A DNA stretch of 24,000 nt, taken from the NCBI RefSeq assembly GCF_000423285.1, contig NZ_AUHR01000021.1:4161-28160 (forward strand), written 5' to 3'. The notes below the pieces were generated by a model. That model did no database searches. It was not told the origin of the DNA and was given only the letters and a program-made list of their open reading frames with translations. Position 1 is the stretch's first letter. Every line of letters begins with the position of its first letter. Below are positions 1-8,361 of this stretch, in pieces. The translations under genes were made by a program, and so were the position numbers. This DNA is from Laribacter hongkongensis DSM 14985 (GTDB lineage: Bacteria > Pseudomonadota > Gammaproteobacteria > Burkholderiales > Aquaspirillaceae).

Positions 1-137
1 GGTGGCGTGATCCGGCAGGCCTGCTCCAGTGCCGTGAGGTCATGGTGCGGACTGGCATGCACCGTGTGGCGTGCCGGGCCTTCTGCCAGCCAGGCCCATT
101 TGAGCCGGGTGTTGCCGGCATCCAGCAACAGGATCAT
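1..137 (-). CDS. coaX: Type III pantothenate kinase, N-terminal fragment (continues beyond window edge)
   Basis: The ATG at 137 overlaps the birA stop (ATGA at 134-137). The translation MILLLDAGNTRLKWAWLAEGPARH... carries the DxGNT phosphate-binding motif typical of CoaX N-termini. birA-coaX adjacency is common. Only about 45 codons are visible. Confidence 0.7.
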   Translation of the reverse strand, partial: MILLLDAGNTRLKWAWLAEGPARHTVHASPHHDLTALEQACRITP

Positions 138-1069
138 GCCCGGCTCCGCAGGCTGACGTCGCCGGAGTGAAAGCGCTGTACGCCATCGGATGTTTCCAGC
201 AGGAGCGCACCGAGGCTGTCGACGCCACGGGCGATGCCGGTGATGCGCAGTCCGTCGGCGTGGATCAGCTCTACCGGCTGGTCCTGCCACAGATGATGTT
301 GCTGCCAGTCCTGGCGCAGGCCGGCAAAGCCGCCCTGGGCAAATTCGTCCAGCACCTGGGCCAGCTCGGTCAGCAGGGCACCGGCCAGCTCGTTGCGCGA
401 CAGCTCGGGGCGGATGTCGCGCACGCCCGCGGTCGGCTGGTCCACCTCGGGCGATTGCAGGTTGATGCCCACACCGATCACCACTGATGTCGGGCCGAGC
501 GTGTCGCCAGCCAGTTCGACCAGGATACCGGCCAGCTTGCGGCCTTGCAGCAGCACGTCGTTGGGCCACTTGAGCGCCACCGGCAGGCCGAAGCCCGCCA
601 GCGCCCGCACGATGGCGAGGCCGACCGCCAGGCTCAGGCCGGACAGGCGGGCCACACCGCCATCAACCTGCCAGAGCACCGAAAAGGTCAGCGCTTCGCC
701 CAGCCGGGTGTGCCACTGGCGGCCGCGACGGCCGCGGCCGGCCATCTGGTGTTCGGCAAACAGGGCCAGCGGGCCGGCATGGCTGCTGCTGCGTGCCAGC
801 AGGCGGGTATTGGTCGAATCCACCCGCTCGGCCACTTCCACCTCCCAGCGGCCACCGGAACGGGCCCGGATGGTGGCCGCATCCAGCCAGTCGATCGGCC
901 GCACCAGCCGGTAGCCCCGGCCGCGCACATGCTGGATCGTCAGCCCGAATTCGGATTCGATCAGCTGGATCTGTTGCCAGACATGGCTGCGTGAGCAGCC
1001 CAGTGTCTGGGCCAGTACCTCGCCGGAGTGGAAACGTCCGTCGGACAGGGCGTGCAGCAAGGCAAACAT
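134..1069 (-). CDS. birA: Bifunctional biotin-[acetyl-CoA-carboxylase] ligase / biotin operon repressor
   Basis: 311-aa ORF. It has an N-terminal HTH (SGEVLAQTLGCSRSHVWQQIQLI), the GRGRRGRQW biotinyl-AMP loop and the KWPND motif of biotin protein ligases. Confidence 0.9.
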   Translation of the reverse strand: MFALLHALSDGRFHSGEVLAQTLGCSRSHVWQQIQLIESEFGLTIQHVRGRGYRLVRPIDWLDAATIRARSGGRWEVEVAERVDSTNTRLLARSSSHAGPLALFAEHQMAGRGRRGRQWHTRLGEALTFSVLWQVDGGVARLSGLSLAVGLAIVRALAGFGLPVALKWPNDVLLQGRKLAGILVELAGDTLGPTSVVIGVGINLQSPEVDQPTAGVRDIRPELSRNELAGALLTELAQVLDEFAQGGFAGLRQDWQQHHLWQDQPVELIHADGLRITGIARGVDSLGALLLETSDGVQRFHSGDVSLRSRA

Positions 1070-1075
1070 GGTCGG

Positions 1076-1567
1076 TCAGTTCCCGGCGCAGATCTTGCGC
1101 AGCGTGGCAGTCGTCGAGGTGTCGTAGAGGAACGGGACCGAATGGACCTGGCCGCCCCGTGCCAGCGTGGCTTCGCTGCCGACGATGCGCTCGACGGGCC
1201 AGTCGCCGCCCTTGACCAGCACGTCGGGCCGGACCAGCTCGATCAGCGCGGCTGGCGTGTCGTCGTCAAACCAGGTGACCAGGTCGACATCTGCCAGCGC
1301 CGCCATGACGGCAGCCCGGTATTCCAGCGGATTGACCGGCCGGTCGTCTCCCTTGCCCTGCCGGCGTACCGATGCATCGGTATTGAGTGCCAGCACCAGG
1401 GCGGCGCCAAGGGCGCGGGCCTGCGCCAGGTAGGTCACGTGGCCGCGGTGCACGATGTCAAAGCAGCCGTTGGTAAAGACCAGCGGCCGGGGCAGGCCGG
1501 CCAGCCGCTGTGGCAGCTGGTCGGGCGGACAGATTTTTTGTTCGAAGGCAGGACGCGGGTAGTTCAT
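1076..1567 (-). CDS. hldC: D-beta-D-heptose 1-phosphate adenylyltransferase (stand-alone HldE domain II / RfaE2)
   Basis: 163 aa from the ATG at 1567 (MNYPRPAFEQ...). It has the cytidylyltransferase signature TNGCFDIVHRGH. The 507-aa track ORF (1076-2599) is an upstream read-through in a frame that overlaps the real ferritin-like gene. The start overlaps the upstream gene's stop (ATGA at 1564-1567). Confidence 0.85.
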   Translation of the reverse strand: MNYPRPAFEQKICPPDQLPQRLAGLPRPLVFTNGCFDIVHRGHVTYLAQARALGAALVLALNTDASVRRQGKGDDRPVNPLEYRAAVMAALADVDLVTWFDDDTPAALIELVRPDVLVKGGDWPVERIVGSEATLARGGQVHSVPFLYDTSTTATLRKICAGN

Positions 1568-2400
1568 GCAGGCTGGGCGGGAGCGAGCGATTTGCGGTAG
1601 CGGTTGAGTGCCTGCAGCGAATCCAGCTCGACCCCGAATAGGCTCGAAAGATTGCGCAGGATACCACCGACCACGCGTGCCTCCCATTCGGCGCCAAAGC
1701 GGATTTTTCCGGTCAGCCATGCCTCCAGCCAGTCGGGGTCGGGCAGGCGGCTTTGCACCGTATCGTTGGGGAACAGCGCCTGGCTGACGTGCAGGTTGGT
1801 CGGGTGCAGGGGCTTGCCCGAGCGGCCGGACGAGGCCATCAGGAAGCCCAGCTTGGCAAAGGCCCGGCGGGCTTCGTCGCCGTAGCGGGCGATGGCCTGC
1901 TTCATGTACTTGAGGTAGGCGCCGCCATGACGGGCTTCGTCGTGCGACAGGGTCTTGTAGATGGCCTTGATGACCGGCTCGGTGTGCCATTCGCTGGCGC
2001 AGCGGTACCACTGGGTCAGGCGCAGTTCGCCGCAGAAATGCAGCATCAGCGTTTCCAGCGGCGGGGCCGGGTCGAACTCGAAGCGCACGGCGTGCAGTTC
2101 GTCTTCGCTGGGCAGCAGGTCGGGACGGAAGCGGCGCAGGTATTCCATCAGCACCAGCGAATGTTTCTGCTCCTCGTAGAACCAGATCGACATGAAGGCG
2201 GAAAAGTCGCTGTCGTGCCGGAAGTCGCGCAGGAACATTTCGGTGGCCGGCAGCGCCGACCATTCGGTTATGGCATTCATCTTGACTGTCTCGGCCTGCT
2301 CGTCGGTCAGCAGCGAGACATCGAATTGGTCCCAGGGAATGTCGGTCGCCATGTTCCAGCGTGCCTTTTCCAGTTGGGCAAACAGCTCCGGGTACAGCAT
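1564..2400 (-). CDS. Ferritin-like diiron-carboxylate protein (acyl-ACP desaturase / AurF-like fold), function unknown
   Basis: Two E...ExxH pairs (ITEW...YEEQKH and GELR...HDEARH) are characteristic of diiron four-helix-bundle oxidases. The ATG at 2400 is preceded by GGAGGA with a 7-nt spacer. An alternative upstream ATG at 2418 has no SD. The gene is translationally coupled to hldC. Confidence 0.7.
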   Translation of the reverse strand: MLYPELFAQLEKARWNMATDIPWDQFDVSLLTDEQAETVKMNAITEWSALPATEMFLRDFRHDSDFSAFMSIWFYEEQKHSLVLMEYLRRFRPDLLPSEDELHAVRFEFDPAPPLETLMLHFCGELRLTQWYRCASEWHTEPVIKAIYKTLSHDEARHGGAYLKYMKQAIARYGDEARRAFAKLGFLMASSGRSGKPLHPTNLHVSQALFPNDTVQSRLPDPDWLEAWLTGKIRFGAEWEARVVGGILRNLSSLFGVELDSLQALNRYRKSLAPAQPA

Positions 2401-2453
2401 TGCGATGTCCTCCAGCATGAAAGCATGGAGCCATTCTAACGATTACGGCAAAC

Positions 2454-2471
2454 ATTTGATATGGATCAAAT
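2454..2471. promoter_or_regulatory. AT-rich perfect palindrome ATTTGAT-N4-ATCAAAT upstream of the ferritin-like gene (candidate operator)
   Basis: Read directly from the sequence. It lies 54-71 nt upstream of the 2400 start in an otherwise GC-rich region. It loosely resembles Fur-type NATWAT hexamer arrays, but the match is partial. Confidence 0.25.
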
Positions 2472-2723
2472 AATTTGGCGCTCCTGACGCTGGTCCGGCC
2501 GGCCTGCGCGGTCATTCCGACGAATGGAGCCCGTCTGGCCGTGAATGGCGGCAACGGTGGTCTAGAACAGGGGGTAAGGAAAACGCAAGAGAGCGGCACC
2601 TTGACCCTTCCATCGGGCTGCCTGACGTGGTGTCGCCATCAAGGGCTGTTACCGCTGTCCGGGGTTTTTGCGCCCAAGCCGGAGCTGCCGGCTTGTCCGG
2701 CATGAACAAGGGGTCGCAACGCG

Positions 2724-2738
2724 TGGCACCGGCATGGC
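2724..2738 (+). promoter_or_regulatory. Candidate sigma-54 (-24/-12) promoter for amtB
   Basis: TGGCAC-cggca-TGGC has the GG and GC dinucleotides at the canonical spacing, about 50 nt upstream of the amtB ATG. The -24 half is perfect and the -12 half is imperfect (TGGC versus TTGC). amtB is commonly NtrC/sigma-54 dependent in proteobacteria. Confidence 0.35.
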
Positions 2739-2786
2739 CGCCAACGGACCGGTCCGGTGCGATCAGGGCACACTCAGGAGACTTTC

Positions 2787-3995
2787 ATGTTGGCAATCAA
2801 CACGGGCGATACCGCCTTCATCATCTTGTGCACTGCACTCGTCGCGCTGATGACGCCGGGGCTGGCACTGTTCTACGGCGGTCTGGTCCGCAGCCGCGAC
2901 ATGCTGACCATCATGATGCAGAACTTCATCTCGATGGGAATCGTCACGCTGGTCTGGGTGCTGGGCGGCTTCAGCCTCGCCTTCGGCAAGGACATCTCCG
3001 GCCTGATCGGCGACTTCCGCTATTTCGCCATGATCGGCATCGGCATGGCGCCACACCCGGTTTACGCACCCAGCATCCCCTTCATCATGGTGTTCGCCTA
3101 CCAGATGATGTTCGCCATCATCACGCCGGCGCTGATCACCGGTGCCTTTGCCGGGCGCTTCCGCTTTTCGTCCTACCTGTGGTTCATCGCCCTGTGGACG
3201 CTGGTGGTCTACATTCCGGTCGCGCACTGGATCTGGGGTGGCGGTTTCCTCGGCAAGCTTGGCGTGATCGACTTTGCCGGTGGCATCGTCGTGCATACCA
3301 CTGCCGGTTTTGCCGCGCTGGCCACCGCCATTTTCCTGGGGCGTCGAACCCTGTCGCCGAACGATCCGCCGCGCCCGGCCAACATCCCGCTGGTGGCAGT
3401 CGGCACCGGCCTGCTGTGGTTCGGCTGGTTCGGCTTCAACGCCGGCGGTGCCTATGCCGCCAACCAGCTGGCTGCCTACGCCTTCGTCAACACGGCCATT
3501 GCCGGCGGTATCGCCATGGTGGTGTGGCTGTTCTGGTCGGCCATCTTTGAAGACAAGCCGAGCTTTTCCGGCGTGATGGTGGGCGGTGTGGCCGGTCTGG
3601 CCACTATCACCCCCACGGCGGGCTACATCGAGCCGTGGGCTGCCATCATCGTGGGGGCACTGGGTGCCACCATCTGCTACTTCGCCAAGGGCATCCAGGA
3701 AAAGTTCAAGTACGACGACGCGCTGGAAGTGTTCCGTGCCCACGGCATCGGCGGCATCACCGGTTCGCTGCTGGTCGGTTTCTTTGCCGAGCGGGTGATT
3801 GACGGCGTCAGCGGTGGCTGGGAGCAGTTCTTCATCCAGCTCCTGGGCGTGGCGGTGGTGGCGGTCTACAGCTTCGTCGTGACCTGGATCCTGATGATGG
3901 TGCTGCACAAGCCGCGTGTCAGCCCCGAGCAGGAACGCGAAGGGCTCGACAAGAGCGAGTTTGGCGAAGAGGCCTACTACTTCGACAAGAACTGA
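2787..3995 (+). CDS. amtB: Ammonium transporter (Amt family)
   Basis: 402 aa from the ATG at 2787 (AGGAGA SD 6 nt upstream). It has the Amt signatures DFAGGIVVHTTAGFAAL and WFGWFGFNAGG and many TM segments. The track ORF start at 2757 lacks an SD. Confidence 0.9.
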   Translation: MLAINTGDTAFIILCTALVALMTPGLALFYGGLVRSRDMLTIMMQNFISMGIVTLVWVLGGFSLAFGKDISGLIGDFRYFAMIGIGMAPHPVYAPSIPFIMVFAYQMMFAIITPALITGAFAGRFRFSSYLWFIALWTLVVYIPVAHWIWGGGFLGKLGVIDFAGGIVVHTTAGFAALATAIFLGRRTLSPNDPPRPANIPLVAVGTGLLWFGWFGFNAGGAYAANQLAAYAFVNTAIAGGIAMVVWLFWSAIFEDKPSFSGVMVGGVAGLATITPTAGYIEPWAAIIVGALGATICYFAKGIQEKFKYDDALEVFRAHGIGGITGSLLVGFFAERVIDGVSGGWEQFFIQLLGVAVVAVYSFVVTWILMMVLHKPRVSPEQEREGLDKSEFGEEAYYFDKN

Positions 3996-4013
3996 CGCCC
4001 AGGCAGGCAACAA

Positions 4014-4045
4014 CAGGGCAGACCCGTGCGGGTCTGCCCTGTTTG
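4014..4045. terminator. Bidirectional intrinsic terminator between amtB and the pirin gene
   Basis: Perfect 12-bp stem CAGGGCAGACCC / GGGTCTGCCCTG with loop GTGC, followed by TTTG on the plus strand. It sits between two convergent stop codons (3995 and 4059). Confidence 0.7.
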
Positions 4046-4058
4046 CGTGTCCGGCCGG

Positions 4059-4922
4059 TCAGAAGCGGTTGTGCCGATAGTCGTCGATGGCCGTTTCGAT
4101 TTCCTCGCGGGTATTCATGACAAACGGTCCCCACTGGGCGATCGGCTGCCGCAGCGGCTGGCCGCTGACCAGGATCAGGCGGACCGGCGTGGTGGCAGAG
4201 AGGCGGACTCCGTCGCCATCCGGCGTCAGGATCGCCATCTCCTGCTGTGACAGCGGTCGTTCGCTGGCCCCGATGTGTACCTGGCCACGGTAGACGTACA
4301 CGAAGGCGTTGTGTCCTTCCGGTACCGGGATGCTCACTTCTGCACCGGCCGGCAGCCCGATGTCGGCAAACAGCGGCTCGGTGTCCGGGCGCTGCATGGC
4401 GCCGGTGGCCATACCGATCCGGCCGCCCAGCAGCCGCAGCGTGCCGCCACCGGGCAGGCCGAATTCCGGAATGCCGTCAGCCTGGATGTCCTGGTAGTGC
4501 GGGGCATCCATCTTGCGGGCCGCCGGCAGATTGACCCACAGCTGGAATCCTTCCATCCGGCCTTCGGTCTGCTCGGGCATTTCGCTGTGGACAATGCCGC
4601 GACCGGCCGTCATCCACTGCATGCCGCCGGTTTCCAGCAGGCCTTCGTGACCGGCATTGTCGCGGTGGCGCATGCGGCCGGCGATCATGTAGGTGACGGT
4701 TTCAAAGCCGCGGTGCGGGTGATCGGGGAAACCGGCGATATAGTCACCGGCCTCGTCTGAGCCAAACGCATCCAGCATCAGGAACGGGTCGAGCCGCTGT
4801 TGCAGGTCGGCGGTCAGGACGCGGGTCAGCTTGACGCCGGCGCCATCCCGGGTCGGTACGCCGGTGACGACGCGTTCGATGGAACGGCTGTGTGCCACGA
4901 CGGGCAGTTGCATGGTTTGCAT
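4059..4922 (-). CDS. Pirin family protein (bicupin; quercetin 2,3-dioxygenase-like)
   Basis: 287 aa with the pirin metal-binding motif HPHRGFETVTYM. AGGAGA SD lies 6 nt upstream of the ATG at 4922. Confidence 0.9.
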   Translation of the reverse strand: MQTMQLPVVAHSRSIERVVTGVPTRDGAGVKLTRVLTADLQQRLDPFLMLDAFGSDEAGDYIAGFPDHPHRGFETVTYMIAGRMRHRDNAGHEGLLETGGMQWMTAGRGIVHSEMPEQTEGRMEGFQLWVNLPAARKMDAPHYQDIQADGIPEFGLPGGGTLRLLGGRIGMATGAMQRPDTEPLFADIGLPAGAEVSIPVPEGHNAFVYVYRGQVHIGASERPLSQQEMAILTPDGDGVRLSATTPVRLILVSGQPLRQPIAQWGPFVMNTREEIETAIDDYRHNRF

Positions 4923-4985
4923 GATGAATCTCCTGTGCCAGGCGCCGGAGGCCGGCGCCGTCTGCTCCGGCGCAGCGGAGCGTGG

Positions 4986-5594
4986 TCAGACCAGGGTGGC
5001 GATGTCGGCTTCGGCCGCTGCCAGTGCCTGGCTGCGACGGTCGGCACCCTGGTTGACGCCTTCGGCCCGCACGATGCGGACATTGTCGATACCCATGAAG
5101 CCCAGCACGGTACGCAGGTAGCTTTCCTGGTGGTCCAGGGCGCGTAGGGCTTCGCTGGTCGAATACACGCCGCCACGGCTCGAGGCGACGATCACGGTCT
5201 TGTTGCCGGCCAGTCCGACCGGACCGGTTTCGGTGTACTTGAAGGTCCGGCCGGCCTGGGCGATGCAGTCGATCCAGTTTTTGAGCTGGCTGGGAATGGA
5301 AAAGTTGTACATCGGTGCGCCGACCACGATGACATTCGCCGCCAGGAACTGCTGGAGGAAAGCCTCGGTACGGGCCGCAGCGGCCGTCTGTTCTGCCGAA
5401 CGGCTGTCTGCCGGCGTCATGCGGGCGGCCAGCTCGGCGCCCGACAGGGTGGCCGGTGTGTCCTGTGCCAGATCGAGGTATTCCACTGCGGTGCCGGGAT
5501 GGGTGGCCTGCCATTCGGTCACGATGCGGGCGGTCAGCTGGCGCGAGACCGAATGTTCGGCCAGTACGCTGGAATCGATGTGCAACAGTTTCAT
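4986..5594 (-). CDS. azoR: FMN-dependent NADH:quinone oxidoreductase / azoreductase
   Basis: 202 aa from the ATG at 5594 ([20 protein letters not shown]...), with a GGAGA SD upstream. The conserved segment [18 protein letters not shown] matches the AzoR family. The longer 232-aa track ORF adds a non-homologous N-terminal extension. Confidence 0.85.
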   Translation of the reverse strand: MKLLHIDSSVLAEHSVSRQLTARIVTEWQATHPGTAVEYLDLAQDTPATLSGAELAARMTPADSRSAEQTAAAARTEAFLQQFLAANVIVVGAPMYNFSIPSQLKNWIDCIAQAGRTFKYTETGPVGLAGNKTVIVASSRGGVYSTSEALRALDHQESYLRTVLGFMGIDNVRIVRAEGVNQGADRRSQALAAAEADIATLV

Positions 5595-5717
5595 GGAAGT
5601 CTCCGTCAAGTGCCGCAACGGGCGGCGGTTGGACGGTATTGTGCGCAGCAGACCGGTGGCTGATAAGCCGCTAGAATTGCACATGATTGTTCCATCGGCG
5701 AGACAATGAGGGCGGCC

Positions 5718-6623
5718 ATGCAGGATCTCAACGACATGCGCTACTTTGCCGAAGTGGTCGAACGCGGCAGCTTCAGCGCGGCCAGCCGGGCGCTGGGCCT
5801 GCCCAAATCACGCCTGTCGCGCCGGATTGCCGGGCTGGAAAGCCGACTGGGCGTGCGGCTGATGCAGCGCACCACGCGCAGGCTGGCGCTGACTGAGGTG
5901 GGCGAACTGTTCTACCGGCACTGCGCCGTGGTACGTGACGAAGCGGACATGGCCGCCGAGACCGTGGCGCGCCTGCAGGCCGAGCCGCGTGGCGTGGTAC
6001 GGGTCAGTTGTCCGGTCACGCTGGCGCAGACCATGCTCGGACCGCATCTGCCGGCCTTTCTGGCCGCTTATCCACAGGTGCGGCTGGACATGCGTGTCAG
6101 CAACCGGGCCGTCGACCTGGTGGAGGAGGGGCTGGATGTGGCCCTGCGCGTGCGGCCGACGCTGGCCGACAGCGGCAGCCTGGTGGTCAAGCGGCTGGGC
6201 GTGGCGTATACGGTGCTGGTGGCCAGTCCGGAGCAATTGACGCGGCAGGGCCGTCCCCGCAGCCCGGACGAGCTGGTGCGACTGGACACGGTGGCCATGT
6301 CGGCAGTGGACGGGCGTACCACCTGGCTGTTGCAGGGGCCGGACGGGCAGGATTATCCGTTCCAGCACACGCCGCGCCTGCTGGCCGATGACCTGCTGTC
6401 ACTGCGTTTTGCCGTGCTGGCCGGGGTCGGAGCGACCTACCTGCCGGATTACCTGTGCCGTGAGGACGTGATGGCGGGCCGGCTGGAGTTGGTGCTGCCC
6501 GGCTGGGCTCCTTGCCCCGGCATCATCCATGCCGTATTCCCCTCGCGACGTGGCCAGGTGCCGGCCGTGCGGGTGTTTCTGGATTTTCTGGAAACCGCAT
6601 TGCAGTCACCGGCAGCCGGTTGA
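5718..6623 (+). CDS. LysR family transcriptional regulator, divergent from azoR-pirin
   Basis: N-terminal LysR HTH ([35 protein letters not shown]) plus a substrate-binding domain. The ATG at 5718 has a GAGGG SD 5 nt upstream. An alternative ATG lies at 5706. Confidence 0.85.
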   Translation: MQDLNDMRYFAEVVERGSFSAASRALGLPKSRLSRRIAGLESRLGVRLMQRTTRRLALTEVGELFYRHCAVVRDEADMAAETVARLQAEPRGVVRVSCPVTLAQTMLGPHLPAFLAAYPQVRLDMRVSNRAVDLVEEGLDVALRVRPTLADSGSLVVKRLGVAYTVLVASPEQLTRQGRPRSPDELVRLDTVAMSAVDGRTTWLLQGPDGQDYPFQHTPRLLADDLLSLRFAVLAGVGATYLPDYLCREDVMAGRLELVLPGWAPCPGIIHAVFPSRRGQVPAVRVFLDFLETALQSPAAG

Positions 6624-6960
6624 CCGGAGCATGCGCCTCCGGTGGCGGGGCGGTGTTTCGGGCGGGCTGGCGCCTGTCGCCTGAAGCCTGCAAGCGCTGT
6701 CCGGCGGACCGCTGCTGCGCGCATGAATGAAGCGGTCTGGCGTGCCTCCCGGCACGGCATTGCAAGGCCGGGCAGCACAAGGGCGGAGACAGGTTCTGTC
6801 CGGCCGAACGGCTGCATGGTATCTGCGACCGGAGCGGCATTCATGCCTGCTGGCAGCGGTTGCCGGTTATCCGGTGCGGGTGTCGCTGCCACAGGGCTGT
6901 TCCGGCGGGGCTGACCTGTCCGGCGCTGCGGCAGGGAGCGGTCTGGCTGTACACGACCTG

Positions 6961-6996
6961 GCCGGGTTGTCCCGTGCTGCCGGGTTGGCCCGTGCC
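6961..6996. repeat. 18-bp tandem direct duplication
   Basis: GCCGGGTTGTCCCGTGCT (6961-6978) is immediately followed by GCCGGGTTGGCCCGTGCC (6979-6996), with 15/18 positions identical. It lies in the ORF-poor spacer upstream of dcm. Confidence 0.6.
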
Positions 6997-7043
6997 GTGG
7001 CATGGCTGGCAGAACAGCCTGGATCGGGTGTTTCTCCCGACGT

Positions 7044-7075
7044 TACAATGGAAGCATTACAGGACGTAATGTCCT
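7044..7075 (+). promoter_or_regulatory. Candidate dcm promoter -10 (TACAAT, 7044-7049) plus 15-bp dyad operator AGGACgtaatGTCCT (7061-7075)
   Basis: A perfect inverted repeat lies 24 nt upstream of the dcm ATG. It overlaps a second dyad, CATTAC-aggac-GTAATG (7055-7071), and is followed by TTTTT. The -35 is weak. Confidence 0.45.
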
Positions 7076-7098
7076 TTTTCTGACCCAGAGAATCGTTC

Positions 7099-8361
7099 AT
7101 GAATGCTTCCATGCGGCTGGATGTGCAATCCGTCCTGGCCGAAGTCCGTCGTTTTCACACCCAGGCCGATATTGCCAAGGCGCTGTCGATTGATGTCCGC
7201 ACGGTCCGGCGCTGGCAGGCCGGTGACTGCCTGCCGCCCTCCTATGTCGTGCACGCGCTGCGGCAACTGCTACCGCAGGAACTGCCGTTTGACGGCGAGC
7301 CGGCCGACTTCACCTTCATCGACCTGTTTGCCGGCATCGGCGGTATCCGGCAGGCCTTTGAGGACGTGGGGGGCCGGTGTGTCTTTACCAGCGAATGGGA
7401 CAGTTATGCCCAGAAAACCTACGCGGAGAACCATCGCCGCGATGCCCACGCGCTGAACGGCGACATCACCCAGGTGGGCGCCGCTGACATTCCTGCGCAT
7501 GACGTGTTGCTGGCCGGTTTTCCGTGCCAGCCGTTTTCGATTGCCGGGGTGTCGAAAAAGAACGCGCTGGGCCGGGCGCACGGCTTTCAGGATGCGACCC
7601 AGGGCACGCTGTTTTTCGACGTGGCCCGCATCATTGACGAAAAACGGCCACGGGCATTCCTGCTGGAAAACGTGAAGAACCTGCTGTCGCATGACAAGGG
7701 CCGCACGTTCGACGTGATCCGCCGCACCCTGACCGAAGAGCTGGGTTACCACATCCACTGGCGTGTCATCGACGGCGCCCATTTCACGCCCCAGCACCGC
7801 GAACGCATCCTGATCGCCGGTTTCCGCGAGCCGGTGGCCTTCGACTGGGACGCCATTCCCCTGCCACCCAAGGGCAGTCGCACCCTCAGGACCGTCCTGC
7901 ACCGCACGGACGGCAGCGAACCCGTGCTGCCCTGGGACGGCGACCGTTTCTTCGACCACCAGGCGCGGTGCGTGCAGGACAAATACACCCTGACCCCGAA
8001 ACTGTGGGACTACCTGCAGGCCTACGCCGAAAAGCACCGGGCCAAGGGCAATGGCTTCGGCTTTGGCCTGGTCGGGCCGGACAGCGTGACCCGCACCCTG
8101 TCGGCGCGCTATTACAAGGATGGCTCGGAAATCCTCGTGTACCAGGGCGAAAACCGGCGTCCCCGGCGGTTGACCCCGCGCGAATGCGCCCGGTTGATGG
8201 GGTTTGACGACACGTTCCGGATTCCGGTTTCGGATACCCGCGCCTACAAGCAGTTCGGCAATTCGGTGGTGGTGGACGTGATGGCCCATGCCGCGAGGCT
8301 GATGCACCGGTTTCTGGTGCCGGACGCCACCCGGCCGGAACCGCCGCCGGTATCCGGATGA
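7099..8361 (+). CDS. dcm: DNA (cytosine-5)-methyltransferase, Dcm/EcoRII family, with N-terminal HTH extension
   Basis: It carries C5-MTase motifs [44 protein letters not shown] and [17 protein letters not shown]...[10 protein letters not shown]. As I recall the E. coli Dcm sequence, long near-identical stretches include the variable region ([12 protein letters not shown]...GNGFGFG...[14 protein letters not shown]). The N-terminal 65 aa contain an HTH-like [21 protein letters not shown]. Confidence 0.9.
   Translation: MNASMRLDVQSVLAEVRRFHTQADIAKALSIDVRTVRRWQAGDCLPPSYVVHALRQLLPQELPFDGEPADFTFIDLFAGIGGIRQAFEDVGGRCVFTSEWDSYAQKTYAENHRRDAHALNGDITQVGAADIPAHDVLLAGFPCQPFSIAGVSKKNALGRAHGFQDATQGTLFFDVARIIDEKRPRAFLLENVKNLLSHDKGRTFDVIRRTLTEELGYHIHWRVIDGAHFTPQHRERILIAGFREPVAFDWDAIPLPPKGSRTLRTVLHRTDGSEPVLPWDGDRFFDHQARCVQDKYTLTPKLWDYLQAYAEKHRAKGNGFGFGLVGPDSVTRTLSARYYKDGSEILVYQGENRRPRRLTPRECARLMGFDDTFRIPVSDTRAYKQFGNSVVVDVMAHAARLMHRFLVPDATRPEPPPVSG

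Noticed and set aside
1076-2599. 507-aa minus-strand ORF
   Set aside because: Only the last 163 codons (hldC) are real. The upstream part overlaps the ferritin-like gene in another frame and translates to Arg/Pro/Ala-rich sequence.
2763-4013. 416-aa minus-strand ORF opposite amtB
   Set aside because: This is a shadow ORF. amtB on the plus strand has clear family motifs and TM periodicity, while the antisense product is Asp/Gly/His/Arg-rich nonsense.
4941-4957. Hairpin GCGCCGG-agg-CCGGCGC between azoR and the pirin gene
   Set aside because: It is a short GC hairpin without a U-tract in a 63-nt intra-operon spacer, and I see nothing unusual in it.
6068-6076. Perfect DnaA box TTATCCACA
   Set aside because: It lies inside the LysR coding sequence (codons AAYPQV), is isolated, and has no neighbouring boxes. 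It is most likely a chance occurrence.
6727-7083. 118-aa plus-strand ORF ending just before dcm (possible small regulator or controller protein)
   Set aside because: Its third-position GC is about 61% by hand count, no higher than bulk GC, whereas real genes here are much higher. It has no SD and no recognisable HTH or other motif. I treat it as non-coding but flag the region as a finding.
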